DNA of 64,000 nucleotides from an uncultured virus (IMG/VR IMGVR_UViG_2821929668_000003) (taxonomy: Duplodnaviria; Heunggongvirae; Uroviricota; Caudoviricetes). Below are positions 1 to 10,054 of this stretch, piece by piece; the first letter of the stretch is position 1; every line of letters begins with the position of its first letter. The stretch covers positions 1 through 64,000 of IMG/VR virus record IMGVR_UViG_2821929668_000003. One strand, given 5' to 3'. A model generated the notes under the pieces. It made no database searches. It worked only from the letters and a program-made list of their open reading frames with translations, and was not told where the DNA came from. Both the position numbers and the translations under genes were made by a program.

Positions 1-783
1 TTATGGTTTGGTGATGGCTTTCCCACCAAATCCCGCGAGTGTTATTGCTTCTGTTACCTTGGTACTATTAGTCTCATTCTCTCCATAAAAAGCGTTTAAT
101 ACATCAACAAACCAATCCGTATCTTCTGATATCGTATACCCTTTACTTTTTAGTGAAGAAAGAACGGAAGAAACGATATTATATTTTTGAGAATCATTCA
201 TATTAACCCAATCATTCCCGTCGCTTATAGAAGTATTGGTTTCGCTTGTACTAGATTCAGAGGAGCTGTTATCATTATTTATCCATACCCCTTTTGAGTC
301 ATACTCACTATAGTCTCCAATGAATATCGTCTGCTCCTTATCTAAGGTTTCAAGATCCATAACGTTTTTATAATACATCTTATATTTTTCTTTACTTGTA
401 GTGAATTCTACATAATATAAGTCGCAATTAAAATCTTTAGCACAGCTTAGCTTCCCAAAGTTATCCTTGTTAACATTTCTAATGATCTCAGTCACACTTG
501 CCATAAAATTATATTTTTCTTTTATACTTAAATCCTCAAATGAATCATTCAATATTCCTATAATATTGTAAAATATATTGATATCATCACTTTCATATGA
601 ATCTTTTTCATAGATAACATTCGTAAGATATTTTTTAAAATTTTCGTTAGAGGTTATTGGTTCGATGAATTTCTGCACTTGTTTTTCTGTTGACACTGTC
701 GCTTCTTTTTTTTCCTCATCCGTTACACCACATTAAGTATAAATAAACTAAAAATAGTTGAAATGAAATAAGTTAATTTTCAT
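1..783 (-). pseudogene. Lipoprotein with decayed signal peptide; ORF 1..696 is the intact body
   Basis: RBS+ATG at 783, out-of-frame hydrophobic stretch LTYFISTIFSLFIL, in-frame TAA directly before CGVTDEEKKE, which reads into ORF 1..696. Confidence 0.55.
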
Positions 784-1613
784 GCTCCCTTTAAAAATTT
801 AAATAATAATTTCTCACAAAAAATGTCGCAGATAATCCATCTACATATATAAAATATATTAACACATCATCAAATATATCAATTATATGCATGTACTAAT
901 TTTGTAATGTAATTTTATTAAATTTCACGTACTATATCCGATTGATAAAACCAAATTCCGTAATAAGGCCTATTCTAACCATCCATCCCCTTATCCTCTA
1001 ACCAAGTAAGTAGTAAATCCCTTATTTATTCCTCTATCTTAGCAAGTAGTTCCTCCAGGTCTTAAACAACCTCACATTTTTCATCATTTCTTCGAATTTA
1101 ATGTTGACTGAAGGTCTTGAAGGTTTTTATCATGTGGGAACGATTATGGAACACGGCTGGAAGGCAGATTTATCCCCTACTTTGACAGACTACAAAAAAA
1201 GTAATCAGTCAAAATAGATGGATAAGCGTCGTTATTTTTGCCATGCGGTCACTTATAAGGTATCCGTATGTATAGACCCTGTTCACTCAGCGATCTTCAC
1301 CGCATACATCCTTTTTCTATGGCTTGTCCTTGTAATATCGTCCCTACACGACAAACTGAATGTATTCCCTAGCACCGTAATGCTAACGATAACCACCCGA
1401 ACCTTTTAGAGAATCGTCCCTGGGCAAGTTCTCGCCCTCCCTCACTAGATGAACAGGAATCCAATGAGGGGTGCTATTTTTGTAGGCGTATACTCAGTAC
1501 CCCCTGCACGACCAACAGCTAGCCACGCCGTAACACGTTCCCCCTATATGTATAGCAGCACGGAATTACGGCTTATCAGTTTTTATTTACGTGGTATCAG
1601 GCAATTCCACGCG

Positions 1614-1686
1614 AACAAAAAACAAAAAGGCATCTCTAATTCCTAAATGGCCTGTATATCACAAGACTTCTAGGTTTAGAGATGCC
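1614..1686 (-). terminator. Intrinsic terminator/attenuator on minus strand
   Basis: GGCATCTCTAA (1629-1639)/TTAGAGATGCC (1676-1686) stem followed on minus strand by TTTTTGTTTTTTGTT. Confidence 0.65.
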
Positions 1687-1735
1687 CGGTATATATCTTT
1701 TAGACTACAAAATAATCAAATCTAGTATTTACTAG

Positions 1736-1764
1736 TTGAATTTTAGCCCAATCACAGATAAAAT
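1736..1764 (+). promoter_or_regulatory. SigA promoter of the antisense RNA
   Basis: TTGAAT (1736-1741), 17 bp, TAAAAT (1759-1764). Confidence 0.7.
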
Positions 1765-1770
1765 GGGTAT

Positions 1771-1945
1771 ATCAAATAAGCCTAGTCGAAAGGCATAATT
1801 GTTTAAGGATAGTGTTGGTGCACTACTTAAACCGAAGTCCTGCTTGGTTACAGGTTATGTCTAGTAAGTGTTGGTAGCAATTACTAGAACTGAGTCATTC
1901 CCGCTAAAGGTTGGTAGCCGATAGCATATGGGAGTGGCTTTTTTA
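1771..1945 (+). ncRNA. Counter-transcribed copy-control antisense RNA (RNA I/ctRNA-like)
   Basis: Promoter, four stem-loops each with TTGGT (YUNR) in the loop (1801-1832, 1839-1854, 1860-1888, 1893-1940), ending in a T-run. Confidence 0.7.
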
Positions 1946-2090
1946 TTTTCTGTTCATATTCAATTGTTTTATCGATCTTCGTTTATGTAAAATATCAAAT
2001 TATGTTTTGTTTTGTAGAATGATGCTTGTTGTGTACTACGTTACAACAAGCTTTATCCTTTGTAAACTGCTGGATTACGCACTTTTTTAA

Positions 2091-2437
2091 AAATATCCCT
2101 ATTTCCCTATTTCCCTATTTCTACTTATAGATATAGGGATATTTCCACTTTTCCCTATATCTATATTTCCCTATTTTCGTTATCTTTTCATCTACTAACA
2201 TCTCTATGAAATTACATATTTATTTCTTAACTCCCTCTACTTCATACATCAAAAGAATCTTATGATATCAACGTTTTTATTATTAATTACTAACTCTATG
2301 ATTCTATTGCATATACCGTACATCATTGTTATAATTTCTTTAAAGATATAGAAATATCCCTATTTCTATAGTTAGAAATATCCCTATTTCCCTATTTCTA
2401 TTTTTCCCTATTTCTATAAAGGGATATAGGGAAATTT
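2091..2437. repeat. Centromere-like (parS/parC) arrays of degenerate 8-bp repeats ATATCCCT/ATTTCCCT/ATTTCTAT in two clusters
   Basis: Tandem and inverted octamers at about 2091-2180 and 2345-2437, directly upstream of parA. Confidence 0.8.
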
Positions 2438-2464
2438 TAAAAATAAATAACTGGAGTGTTAAAA

Positions 2465-3286
2465 ATGGCTATTACAATTACGGTAGGTAATTACAAAGGT
2501 GGAGTCGGTAAGACCACGAATGCTGTATTGAACTCTTATGAATTCGCTAAAAAGGGCAAGCGTACATTACTTGTTGACCTTGATCCACAAAGTAACGCAA
2601 CCAAGTCTTTAATGTTAACAAAATCAATCCTTAATCCTGATGAAATTGTTACTGTTGAAAAAACATTAATGAAAGGAATACAAGAGGGAAACCTAGACGG
2701 CTTAGAAGTGGAAATTATGGAGAACTTACATTTACTTCCTTCTTACGTTGATTTTCAGGACTTCGCAAAATTCCTTTATAAAAATTGTTCTTCGGAGGCT
2801 GAAGAAGATCATTACTTTAAAGGATTACTTGAAAAGATAAAGCATAAATACGACTACATATTTATCGACGTACCTCCTATGTCACTAGAAGTTACAAAAA
2901 ATGCAGTTGTAGCTTCTGATTATGTTCTAATTGCTCTGCAAACACAAGAACGTTCTCTTACTGGTGCCGAGAATTATATTAATGAACTTATCAAGTTAAA
3001 AGAGCAATATGATCTTGATATTGAAGTAGTTGGCGTTCTTCCTGTCCTATTAAAAAACAACGGTAAAGTTGACGAATACATCATGGAAAATGCTCGTGAA
3101 ATATTTGGAGAAGAAAACCTATTTAAAAACATCGTCCCTCAAATGGAACGTATTAAACGATTTGATGTGAATGGTATTACTGAAAAAGATAGACATGATA
3201 TGAATGTAATTGAACTATACGAAACGATTAGTGATGAATTATTATCTCGTGTTGATATGTTTGAAAAAATGAAGGTTGGTGTGTAA
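2465..3286 (+). CDS. parA: Type Ib ParA/Soj partition ATPase
   Basis: Deviant Walker A KGGVGKTT, DLDPQ, YDYIFIDVPP. Confidence 0.95.
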   Translation: MAITITVGNYKGGVGKTTNAVLNSYEFAKKGKRTLLVDLDPQSNATKSLMLTKSILNPDEIVTVEKTLMKGIQEGNLDGLEVEIMENLHLLPSYVDFQDFAKFLYKNCSSEAEEDHYFKGLLEKIKHKYDYIFIDVPPMSLEVTKNAVVASDYVLIALQTQERSLTGAENYINELIKLKEQYDLDIEVVGVLPVLLKNNGKVDEYIMENAREIFGEENLFKNIVPQMERIKRFDVNGITEKDRHDMNVIELYETISDELLSRVDMFEKMKVGV

Positions 3287-3287
3287 T

Positions 3288-3668
3288 ATGGCAAGAACTC
3301 CTGGTTTATTAGGTCGAAAGAAAAGTAACTTTGAACCTACTGAGCCTTATGTACCGGAACAAGGACAAGCTACGACGGAAAATAAAGAGGTAGCAGCTAC
3401 AGTTACTCCTTCTCAACCTAAGACAGAAGAAAAAACTACTACTCGAAAAGAGAAAAGAATCGAGAAAATTGAACCGAAAAAGAAATTTAAAAACCAGCAA
3501 GGTAGCATTAAAATTTCTAATCAATCAAAAGAAGAACTTGAAGTATTAATGAAACTTACAAACACAAAATTCAATTATGAGATTATCGACCTGCTTATAG
3601 ATCGTTATGTAGAAAATGAGCTAACACCTGATCAGAAAAGGAAATTCAAGCTCTTAACCGAAATTTAA
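3288..3668 (+). CDS. Small centromere-binding partition adaptor (RHH-like C-terminus)
   Basis: Directly after parA, disordered N-terminus, C-terminal GSIKIS..KEELEVL..IIDLLIDRY. Confidence 0.7.
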   Translation: MARTPGLLGRKKSNFEPTEPYVPEQGQATTENKEVAATVTPSQPKTEEKTTTRKEKRIEKIEPKKKFKNQQGSIKISNQSKEELEVLMKLTNTKFNYEIIDLLIDRYVENELTPDQKRKFKLLTEI

Positions 3669-3715
3669 AAATATAGAAATATCCCTATTTCTAAATAGGG
3701 ATATTTCTATATTTT
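3668..3715. terminator. Perfect 23-bp inverted repeat built from centromere octamers (terminator and/or extra adaptor site)
   Basis: AAAATATAGAAATATCCCTATTT-ct-AAATAGGGATATTTCTATATTTT. Confidence 0.75.
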
Positions 3716-3824
3716 CACTTTTTTTCGATATATCTGTACTTAATCAACCTTCTTTAACTTATTTGAAAACACAGGTAAAACAGCTAATAATAACATTATC
3801 GTTAGCGGAAGGCATTTTAAAATT

Positions 3825-4136
3825 CTATGTGTCGATTTTTCCTTTTACCTTTTGGATAAACCACCATATTAAAGCTACAAGTAGTAGAAGGAGCGGTATT
3901 CCCTGAATAAAGAGAAATCCTCCCAAAAAATCAAGTACTGTACTATATGGAGAGTCGGTTGCCATCACACCTATAAATAAAGCTACTGGAATTGTGCATA
4001 GATTTGCCCCTAAACTGACCATTATGAATGTTAGATTTTTATCCTTAGTTTTTGGTGAATCAGAATTGAAGAATGAGAATACTGCAATGCCGCTTATAAA
4101 ATACAGTATTACATAAAGCTGATTAAGATATCCCAT
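3825..4136 (-). CDS. Small membrane protein (3 TM)
   Basis: Hydrophobic segments, GGAGG RBS before ATG 4136. Confidence 0.7.
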   Translation of the reverse strand: MGYLNQLYVILYFISGIAVFSFFNSDSPKTKDKNLTFIMVSLGANLCTIPVALFIGVMATDSPYSTVLDFLGGFLFIQGIPLLLLLVALIWWFIQKVKGKIDT

Positions 4137-4320
4137 AATACCCCTCCATGGCTTAAATTGTACCATCAGCAAGGACAAATTTGAACAAATAGGATATTTA
4201 TGTAAGTCAGATATGGTGTCTCATTATCAGTAACAAGAAAAAAAGTGGCTCCCTATTCTCACAAGGAATCCACTCTTTCTTTTTCTACAACTCTATTTTT
4301 ATACGTTCCTCTTCTTATCC

Positions 4321-4389
4321 TCACCAGAACTTCCACCACGGCTATTTCTTCTCTTTCGCAGCAACAACCTCATCCCGAAATCCCTGCAT
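4321..4389 (-). pseudogene. Relic duplicate of the 3' end of the MerR-HTH/DUF3967 gene
   Basis: Near-copy of 5198-5266 (encodes ..AAKEKK*PWWKFW). Confidence 0.75.
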
Positions 4390-4588
4390 CATTCTCTTTG
4401 TTAAAAATTATTAGCTTATTGATGAAATGTTAGATTACTATATCGCTAATAAGTTGAATTCAAATGAGCAAAATAACCTAAACGACATAATATCTATACG
4501 AAAATAAGCCCTACATATATAGGGCCTTTTTCAAATTACTATATTCACCACTAGTTCATTTACACGATTATCGATATAGGAAATAGCA

Positions 4589-5089
4589 TTAAGCATCCGG
4601 CAATACAAATTCCATTTGCTGGCTCTGTGTTTTAAATCCAAGTTTTTCGTAGAATCGTATAGCCTTCTTGTTAAATTCTAAAACATTTAATTCTACGCTT
4701 GTTGCTTGTATTTCTTTAGCATAATCAAATGATTTTTGAACTAATATTTTTCCGATTCCTGCTCCTTGACATATTTCGCTTACACCAATATTGCGGATAA
4801 AGAGTACTTTTCGCTCAACTAACTTTGGATTTTCGGATGGTTCTTTAATATCTAAGATTATGTAAGCAAGAATCTCTTTATTATTATTCTCTACTACAAA
4901 TATCTCTATGGTTGTATCAATAAGCCATGCTTCGTATGCATTGTGATCCAAAGAAGCTGAAGTATCAGAATAAATATCTGGTCTTCCCTCTATATGTAAC
5001 TGTTGAACTTGCTTGTTTATATTTGATATATCCCAAAAATCTTCTGAAGTAGCTATTCTTACAGTGAAAGGCAAAACTTCATTAGACAT
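4589..5089 (-). CDS. GNAT family N-acetyltransferase
   Basis: QGAGIGK acetyl-CoA motif, N..AIRFYEKLGF. Confidence 0.9.
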   Translation of the reverse strand: MSNEVLPFTVRIATSEDFWDISNINKQVQQLHIEGRPDIYSDTSASLDHNAYEAWLIDTTIEIFVVENNNKEILAYIILDIKEPSENPKLVERKVLFIRNIGVSEICQGAGIGKILVQKSFDYAKEIQATSVELNVLEFNKKAIRFYEKLGFKTQSQQMEFVLPDA

Positions 5090-5197
5090 AAGTACATTCC
5101 TCCAAATGTTTTATTTAAAGTGGGTTTAACAAAGCACATCATTATCGGTAGCAAGGACAAAGAGGAACCCTACTATCACAAGGGAACCTCCTTACTC

Positions 5198-5788
5198 TCA
5201 CCAAAACTTCCACCACGGCTTTTTCTTCTCTTTCGCAGCAGCAACTTCGTCGCGAAACCCCTGCATTAGCCGCTTCGTTTCCTGCATCTCACGTAGTGTC
5301 TTCATAAGCGTCTCGTCTCGTGCTTCCAATCGTTTTTCCACTCGTTCATTATGCGCCATAACGCTTGCTTTGATTTCTTCATTGCCTTGCTTCGCCTGCT
5401 CACTTAATCGCTTCTCCATTGCTAACATACTCTGATTCATTTCTTGCGCCATAACGCTGTACTGCTGCTGGAGCTGTTCTTGAATATGGAATGGTATTAA
5501 ACTCGCTTCCTCCGGTTCATCTTTAATTATATCCGGATTAACTTTTTCTATTTGCTGCGCAATCATCTTCGCTGCCTTTTCTAGCGTCATACCGTCATGC
5601 TTACTAAGCTCAATTAATTTCTCAATCACCATAATGTCATTGTCTGTGTATTGGCGTCTACCCCGATTATCTTTCTTTACGACGAATTTCTCTCGTTGTA
5701 AAACTTCCATGTACTTTCTAAGGGTGCTATCACTTATTCCTAGTCGTTTATATACTTCACTAGCAGAATAAACAATCTCGTCCGTCAT
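5198..5788 (-). CDS. MerR-type HTH coiled-coil protein (DUF3967-like)
   Basis: YSASEVYKRLGISDSTLRKY HTH, coiled coil, amphipathic KKPWWKFW tail. Confidence 0.8.
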   Translation of the reverse strand: MTDEIVYSASEVYKRLGISDSTLRKYMEVLQREKFVVKKDNRGRRQYTDNDIMVIEKLIELSKHDGMTLEKAAKMIAQQIEKVNPDIIKDEPEEASLIPFHIQEQLQQQYSVMAQEMNQSMLAMEKRLSEQAKQGNEEIKASVMAHNERVEKRLEARDETLMKTLREMQETKRLMQGFRDEVAAAKEKKKPWWKFW

Positions 5789-5886
5789 AACGTCACAACA
5801 CCTCCTAGTGACAGTATTCCATGATGGCTAAGAAATTCCTGCAAAGAAAAAAGCCAACTTATATAAGTTGGCTTTTACTGTTTATT

Positions 5887-6567
5887 TTATTTAAGTCCAT
5901 CTTGAATTGGTCTTGAAGAAACAGGAATAACTCTATATAAGAATACCGCAAGTTGTTCACGCGTTACAGATCCATTTGGATCAAAATTATTATCACCTAC
6001 ACCATTAGTTATACCGTTACTGTATAAAATTTGCACAGCTTCATTTGCCCAGTGACCTTGCATATCGTTAAATTGGTGATCAAACTTCTTATTTAACCAA
6101 AAAGCATTTTTAAATGAAGCTGCAACTTCCGCTCGCGTTAAAGTACGACTAGGGTAAAATTTCCCATCCGCCACATAAGCAAATACTCCATTATCGTATA
6201 ATTCTTTAATCTCATTTTGGAACATTGAATTACCTATGTCATTAAAAGGGTGCGTTTGGTTTAAAGGATCTTTCCAAATTTTAATAGTTCGATATATGGT
6301 TGCTGCTAATTGCTCACGTGTCACTTTATCTTTAGCGCCGAAATAACCATTACCATACCCTTGCATTATTTTATGGTCAGCCATATACTGAATCTCTTTA
6401 TACGCCCAATGCGATTGAGGTACATCTATAAAAGTACTAGATTGGGCACTTGCAGCTTTTATGCCTAGATTTGTGTTATTATTTGGTGTCTCAGCAAAAG
6501 AATTATTTGCAAAAAAAGTTGTACCAAATACTGCTGCGCATACACCTGAAATAATTAATTTTTTCAT
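5887..6567 (-). CDS. Secreted S-layer homology (3x SLH) protein
   Basis: Signal peptide; FIDVPQSHWA, VTREQLA, LTRAEVA, VTREQLA motifs. Confidence 0.9.
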   Translation of the reverse strand: MKKLIISGVCAAVFGTTFFANNSFAETPNNNTNLGIKAASAQSSTFIDVPQSHWAYKEIQYMADHKIMQGYGNGYFGAKDKVTREQLAATIYRTIKIWKDPLNQTHPFNDIGNSMFQNEIKELYDNGVFAYVADGKFYPSRTLTRAEVAASFKNAFWLNKKFDHQFNDMQGHWANEAVQILYSNGITNGVGDNNFDPNGSVTREQLAVFLYRVIPVSSRPIQDGLK

Positions 6568-6697
6568 TACTATTCTCTCCCCTTAATGTTAAACGTCAAT
6601 AATATAATTCCAACAATCATTATATAACTATTTTGGGATTAGAAAAAGAAGGAATTTATAAAAATTAATCCCAATAATAATCCCTTAATTAATAGAA

Positions 6698-7186
6698 TTA
6701 TATAGCCTTTGCAATCTCAACAAGTAATCGCATAAACAATGGAATCATTTGAACAACTATATAACCAATCCCTGCCCTTGAAATCAAACTGAATCCCCGT
6801 TCCTGGCTACCGACCATAATGAACAGACCGCCACATAACGCTACAACGGACGCTATCGGATAGGACACCGCTTTAATCAAGAAGATAACCGGTTCAAACG
6901 CATTTACAATGCGATTGTATAATTGGCCATCTATATAATTTTTTATTGCCCCGTCATTGGACTGCACATCTTTAAATACTTCATTCACATCTGGATTATT
7001 TCCATCAGCAAACACATGAGGAATATCTATTATGTTGCTGAATATAATAGCACTACCGATTACTAATGAAACGCGCACTGCGACAGGTGCGTATTTTTTT
7101 GCTTTCTTTTTGAACAAGCTCCACTTTTTCTTTGCTCCATAGTTACCATCCATAAAATCTTTGATGCTCATTGTCTCAGTTGCCAT
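6698..7186 (-). CDS. Membrane protein (TrbC/VirB2-like C-terminus) of the FtsK module
   Basis: Three hydrophobic segments; RBS spacing fits ATG 7186. Confidence 0.6.
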   Translation of the reverse strand: MATETMSIKDFMDGNYGAKKKWSLFKKKAKKYAPVAVRVSLVIGSAIIFSNIIDIPHVFADGNNPDVNEVFKDVQSNDGAIKNYIDGQLYNRIVNAFEPVIFLIKAVSYPIASVVALCGGLFIMVGSQERGFSLISRAGIGYIVVQMIPLFMRLLVEIAKAI

Positions 7187-7205
7187 ATGGTCCATCTCCC
7201 TATTT

Positions 7206-7802
7206 TTAATGAAAATCAGTAACCGTAAATATGTTGCAATCCAATCCCTCGCAAAGCTTCTGAAGTTGTTTTCTTCTATATTCTGTCGTGGTGTACCAAA
7301 TAAACTTGGGTGGCTTCTCAAACACATTGCATTCCATTAACTTTCTATACTTCTGCATCTTGATACGGTTTGCACTCATTTTTTGCTCATGATCCACCTC
7401 TACAATGTGATAGCGTCCATTATCCGTAAATAACGCATCCGCAATTATAGAAACGATACCTTTCACATTCATCTTTACTTCTTGCTTCCACGTTTTCGGG
7501 CATTCATAAGCAATGTAGATGTCATTTCTCATAATATAATGGCGAAATTGATTCGAACGTTTGAGTATTTTCTTGCTCCCAATACGTTCACGCCCTTCCT
7601 TGTTGAGATAATAAACCTTTTCTCCATCCCTAAAACTAGACACATATTCTTCAATACCCTTCATTACACGAGAAGCATTCCTGTCACCGCCAAGATCATG
7701 AAGTACCTGAATTTGCTTTCTACTAAGAAAGCCGAGTTTCTTCAAGCTCAAGAGTATACTTTCCGTTCGCGCTTCCTTCATTGCTAACTTTTGCATTTTC
7801 AT
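7206..7802 (-). CDS. Replication-relaxation family protein (wHTH + PD-(D/E)XK-like)
   Basis: LGFLSRKQIQ, ADAL..VEVD motifs; overlaps the FtsK gene. Confidence 0.75.
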   Translation of the reverse strand: MKMQKLAMKEARTESILLSLKKLGFLSRKQIQVLHDLGGDRNASRVMKGIEEYVSSFRDGEKVYYLNKEGRERIGSKKILKRSNQFRHYIMRNDIYIAYECPKTWKQEVKMNVKGIVSIIADALFTDNGRYHIVEVDHEQKMSANRIKMQKYRKLMECNVFEKPPKFIWYTTTEYRRKQLQKLCEGLDCNIFTVTDFH

Positions 7803-9024
7803 GCTCCTTTCTCGCTCTGATATTGATGTGTGGTTTTATGATGTTATCAATCTGCTTGTTATCGAGATAAACAGTCTGTAAGACCTTCTTCTCATTTGTT
7901 TGGTATATAGCCCTTCCTTTTATGTTGGGAAGACTCTCTGCGCCGCCCTCGTCTAGCACAGCACGGCTCCCTGCTTCTGTCTGTAATCTAAAGCAAACAC
8001 GGGCCCCAATGTTTTGTCGTAACTGCGATGGTAATGCTTCGTTAGTAGGGTATTGTGTCGCATATACCAAGCGGAATCCCGCTGCCCTGCCACGACGACC
8101 TATATCAACAACGATGTCCTTGCACTCCTGATATGGCGTCATGTCGGCTGCTTCATCTACAATGACAAAGTATCTAGTTGGATCCCCGGCTTCTTTTATA
8201 TCTTCATATCCTTTTTCTAGTAAGTATTCGTTTCTAGCATTCAGTTTATCTTGCAATTCCCTTAGAGTCTCAAGGGCTTCCTCGGGATTCTTCGCAATTG
8301 ATTCGACTTGATTTAGGAATCTGTATCGGTTGAAAGAGAGACCACCCTTCAAATCGATAAGGAATAGCTTTATATTGTCTGATTGGTTTCGTACCAGAGC
8401 TGTAATAATGAGTTTTAATACATTCGATTTCCCCATGTCCGTCATACCGGCTGATATCATGTGCGATAACTGATCAAAGTCGTGTTTTACTAATCCATCC
8501 CTTGTATAACCAATAGGTACTTCCCATCCTTTACATTTCTTCATCATGTCATCTTCAAACTTCACAAAATCAGGAATCCCTTTCTCGTAAACTCTTATTT
8601 TTAGCAAACCGTCGTAAGACAGCTCAATTTCCTTTCTAACGAGTTTTTTCTTGTTTATGATGTTTTGTATTTGTTTCAAGATATCTTTTTGCAGTCGAAG
8701 AGATTTGAAGTCTTGTAGTTTGAAATCATAAACTTTGCTCTTGTGATTTAGCCCATCTTCTAAATGCTGTATCTTTTGTTCGAAATCAGAGAAACTAAGG
8801 CCAAGCGGAATTCTATACGCATACTCTATTCCCCACTCATTTCTCGTCTTACGGAGTAACTGTATAGTCCTGGTTTCTTTACCTTCTTTCACTTTCAAAC
8901 CGCAATTCGCGCAAATCCTTTGAATCTTAGAAGCATCGGTAGTAGCCCCTTTTTGATGCATTTTCGCGAAAAGAATTACACCACCCACTGTTGCTGAACT
9001 TACTAACTCAAACATCAAATTCAA
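7723..9024 (-). CDS. FtsK/SpoIIIE family DNA translocase ATPase
   Basis: Walker A GMTDMGKS, IDLKGG, VIVDEA, ATQYP. Confidence 0.9.
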   Translation of the reverse strand: MNLMFELVSSATVGGVILFAKMHQKGATTDASKIQRICANCGLKVKEGKETRTIQLLRKTRNEWGIEYAYRIPLGLSFSDFEQKIQHLEDGLNHKSKVYDFKLQDFKSLRLQKDILKQIQNIINKKKLVRKEIELSYDGLLKIRVYEKGIPDFVKFEDDMMKKCKGWEVPIGYTRDGLVKHDFDQLSHMISAGMTDMGKSNVLKLIITALVRNQSDNIKLFLIDLKGGLSFNRYRFLNQVESIAKNPEEALETLRELQDKLNARNEYLLEKGYEDIKEAGDPTRYFVIVDEAADMTPYQECKDIVVDIGRRGRAAGFRLVYATQYPTNEALPSQLRQNIGARVCFRLQTEAGSRAVLDEGGAESLPNIKGRAIYQTNEKKVLQTVYLDNKQIDNIIKPHINIRARKEHENAKVSNEGSANGKYTLELEETRLS

Positions 9025-9299
9025 ACACCACCTATTTTTGTGTATTCTGCAAGAATAGTCCCTAAAGATTAGAAGAGATGAAAACAGATATGAATCGTTG
9101 AAACTATTAGTCTTTCAATGTCTGAAGCATTATTCTGTGAGCGAATCCTATTTGGAATAGGTGAAACGAAGTTTTAAAAGGCTATTAATTTGGAACAGAG
9201 AATCGTAATTTGTTTGGTATGGTAAATGGTATTTTGCACTGTTTGGTCTTTATGTCAGTTTTTTTCTCTTGTTTAAAAAAATGACGAAAAGGGCAAGCT

Positions 9300-9539
9300 A
9301 TGGTTGAGGTGGTAATATTGTTCGGATTAGGTAAAAAACGTAGTAAGTTCGGTCGCTGGTTAGACAAGCAAGGAATTACACAAGGGGATTTAGAGAAGGC
9401 CGCCAAGTTAAGTAGAGGTACGATTTCGAAAGTATGTAACGATAAAGAATACGCACCTAAATTTTCGACTATATCCCAAATAACAAGGGGATTGAAAAAA
9501 TTAGGAAAAAACATAAATGAAAATGATTTTTGGATGTAG
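9300..9539 (+). CDS. XRE HTH regulator
   Basis: ITQGDLEKAAKLSRGTISK. Confidence 0.8.
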   Translation: MVEVVILFGLGKKRSKFGRWLDKQGITQGDLEKAAKLSRGTISKVCNDKEYAPKFSTISQITRGLKKLGKNINENDFWM

Positions 9540-9643
9540 CTTCGTTCGTTAGAATGAGGCTTCTTTTATTTTCCTTCACTTGAACTAAAAATTTTTTTAA
9601 AAATACATATAAATTGTATGGAATATTAAAAAGGAGGGATAAA

Positions 9644-9931
9644 ATGAATTCTTATTATTGTTCTACAGGAATTTACAATTCAATTTCACCTAGAGATTTT
9701 ATGAGTCATGGTGGTCATGGTAGTGGTTCTAGTGGTTTTTTACCACCACAGCAATTTTATACAGGAGGTTGGACTACAGGTGGTGGTATGGTTGTATCGC
9801 CATATGGGGGCTGGACTTCAGGTGGTTTCTTACCATATGGAAGTTGGACTTCAAGTAGCGGATTTCCCTACGGAGGATGGGGTTCAGTTGGATATTATCC
9901 ACCATATGGCGGATGGTCAATTAATGGCTAA
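9644..9931 (+). CDS. Gly/Trp/Tyr-rich repeat small protein
   Basis: Strong RBS AAGGAGG, repeats of PYGGWT, downstream terminator. Confidence 0.6.
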   Translation: MNSYYCSTGIYNSISPRDFMSHGGHGSGSSGFLPPQQFYTGGWTTGGGMVVSPYGGWTSGGFLPYGSWTSSSGFPYGGWGSVGYYPPYGGWSING

Positions 9932-9997
9932 TAATTTAGTAATAATCAGCTCAATAAATTCGGGCTGATTATTTTTTTGAAAAAACCTCTTCATAAA

Positions 9998-10034
9998 AGA
10001 ACATACATTCGTATATAATAAGAACTAACGTTCT
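9998..10034 (+). promoter_or_regulatory. Two LexA (SOS/Cheo) boxes upstream of uvrX
   Basis: AGAACATACATTCG (9998-10011) and AGAACTAACGTTCT (10021-10034) flanking TATAAT. Confidence 0.8.
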
Positions 10035-10054
10035 GTTATTTAGGGGGAATAACG

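Larger units (their letters stand above)
1000..2031 (-). ncRNA. Candidate long structured replication RNA (RNA II/primer-like) with attenuator leader
   Basis: TTTACA-N17-TAACGT promoter (2066-2038), no minus-strand ORF of 60 aa or more, visibly GC-richer than flanks, many hairpins. Confidence 0.4.

Noticed and set aside
1100..1620. Group II intron
   Set aside because: No GUGYG start matched to a domain V/VI and no intron-encoded protein
1218..1646. Two short plus-strand ORFs (63 and 65 aa)
   Set aside because: No RBS or recognisable motifs; more simply explained as shadows of a structured minus-strand RNA
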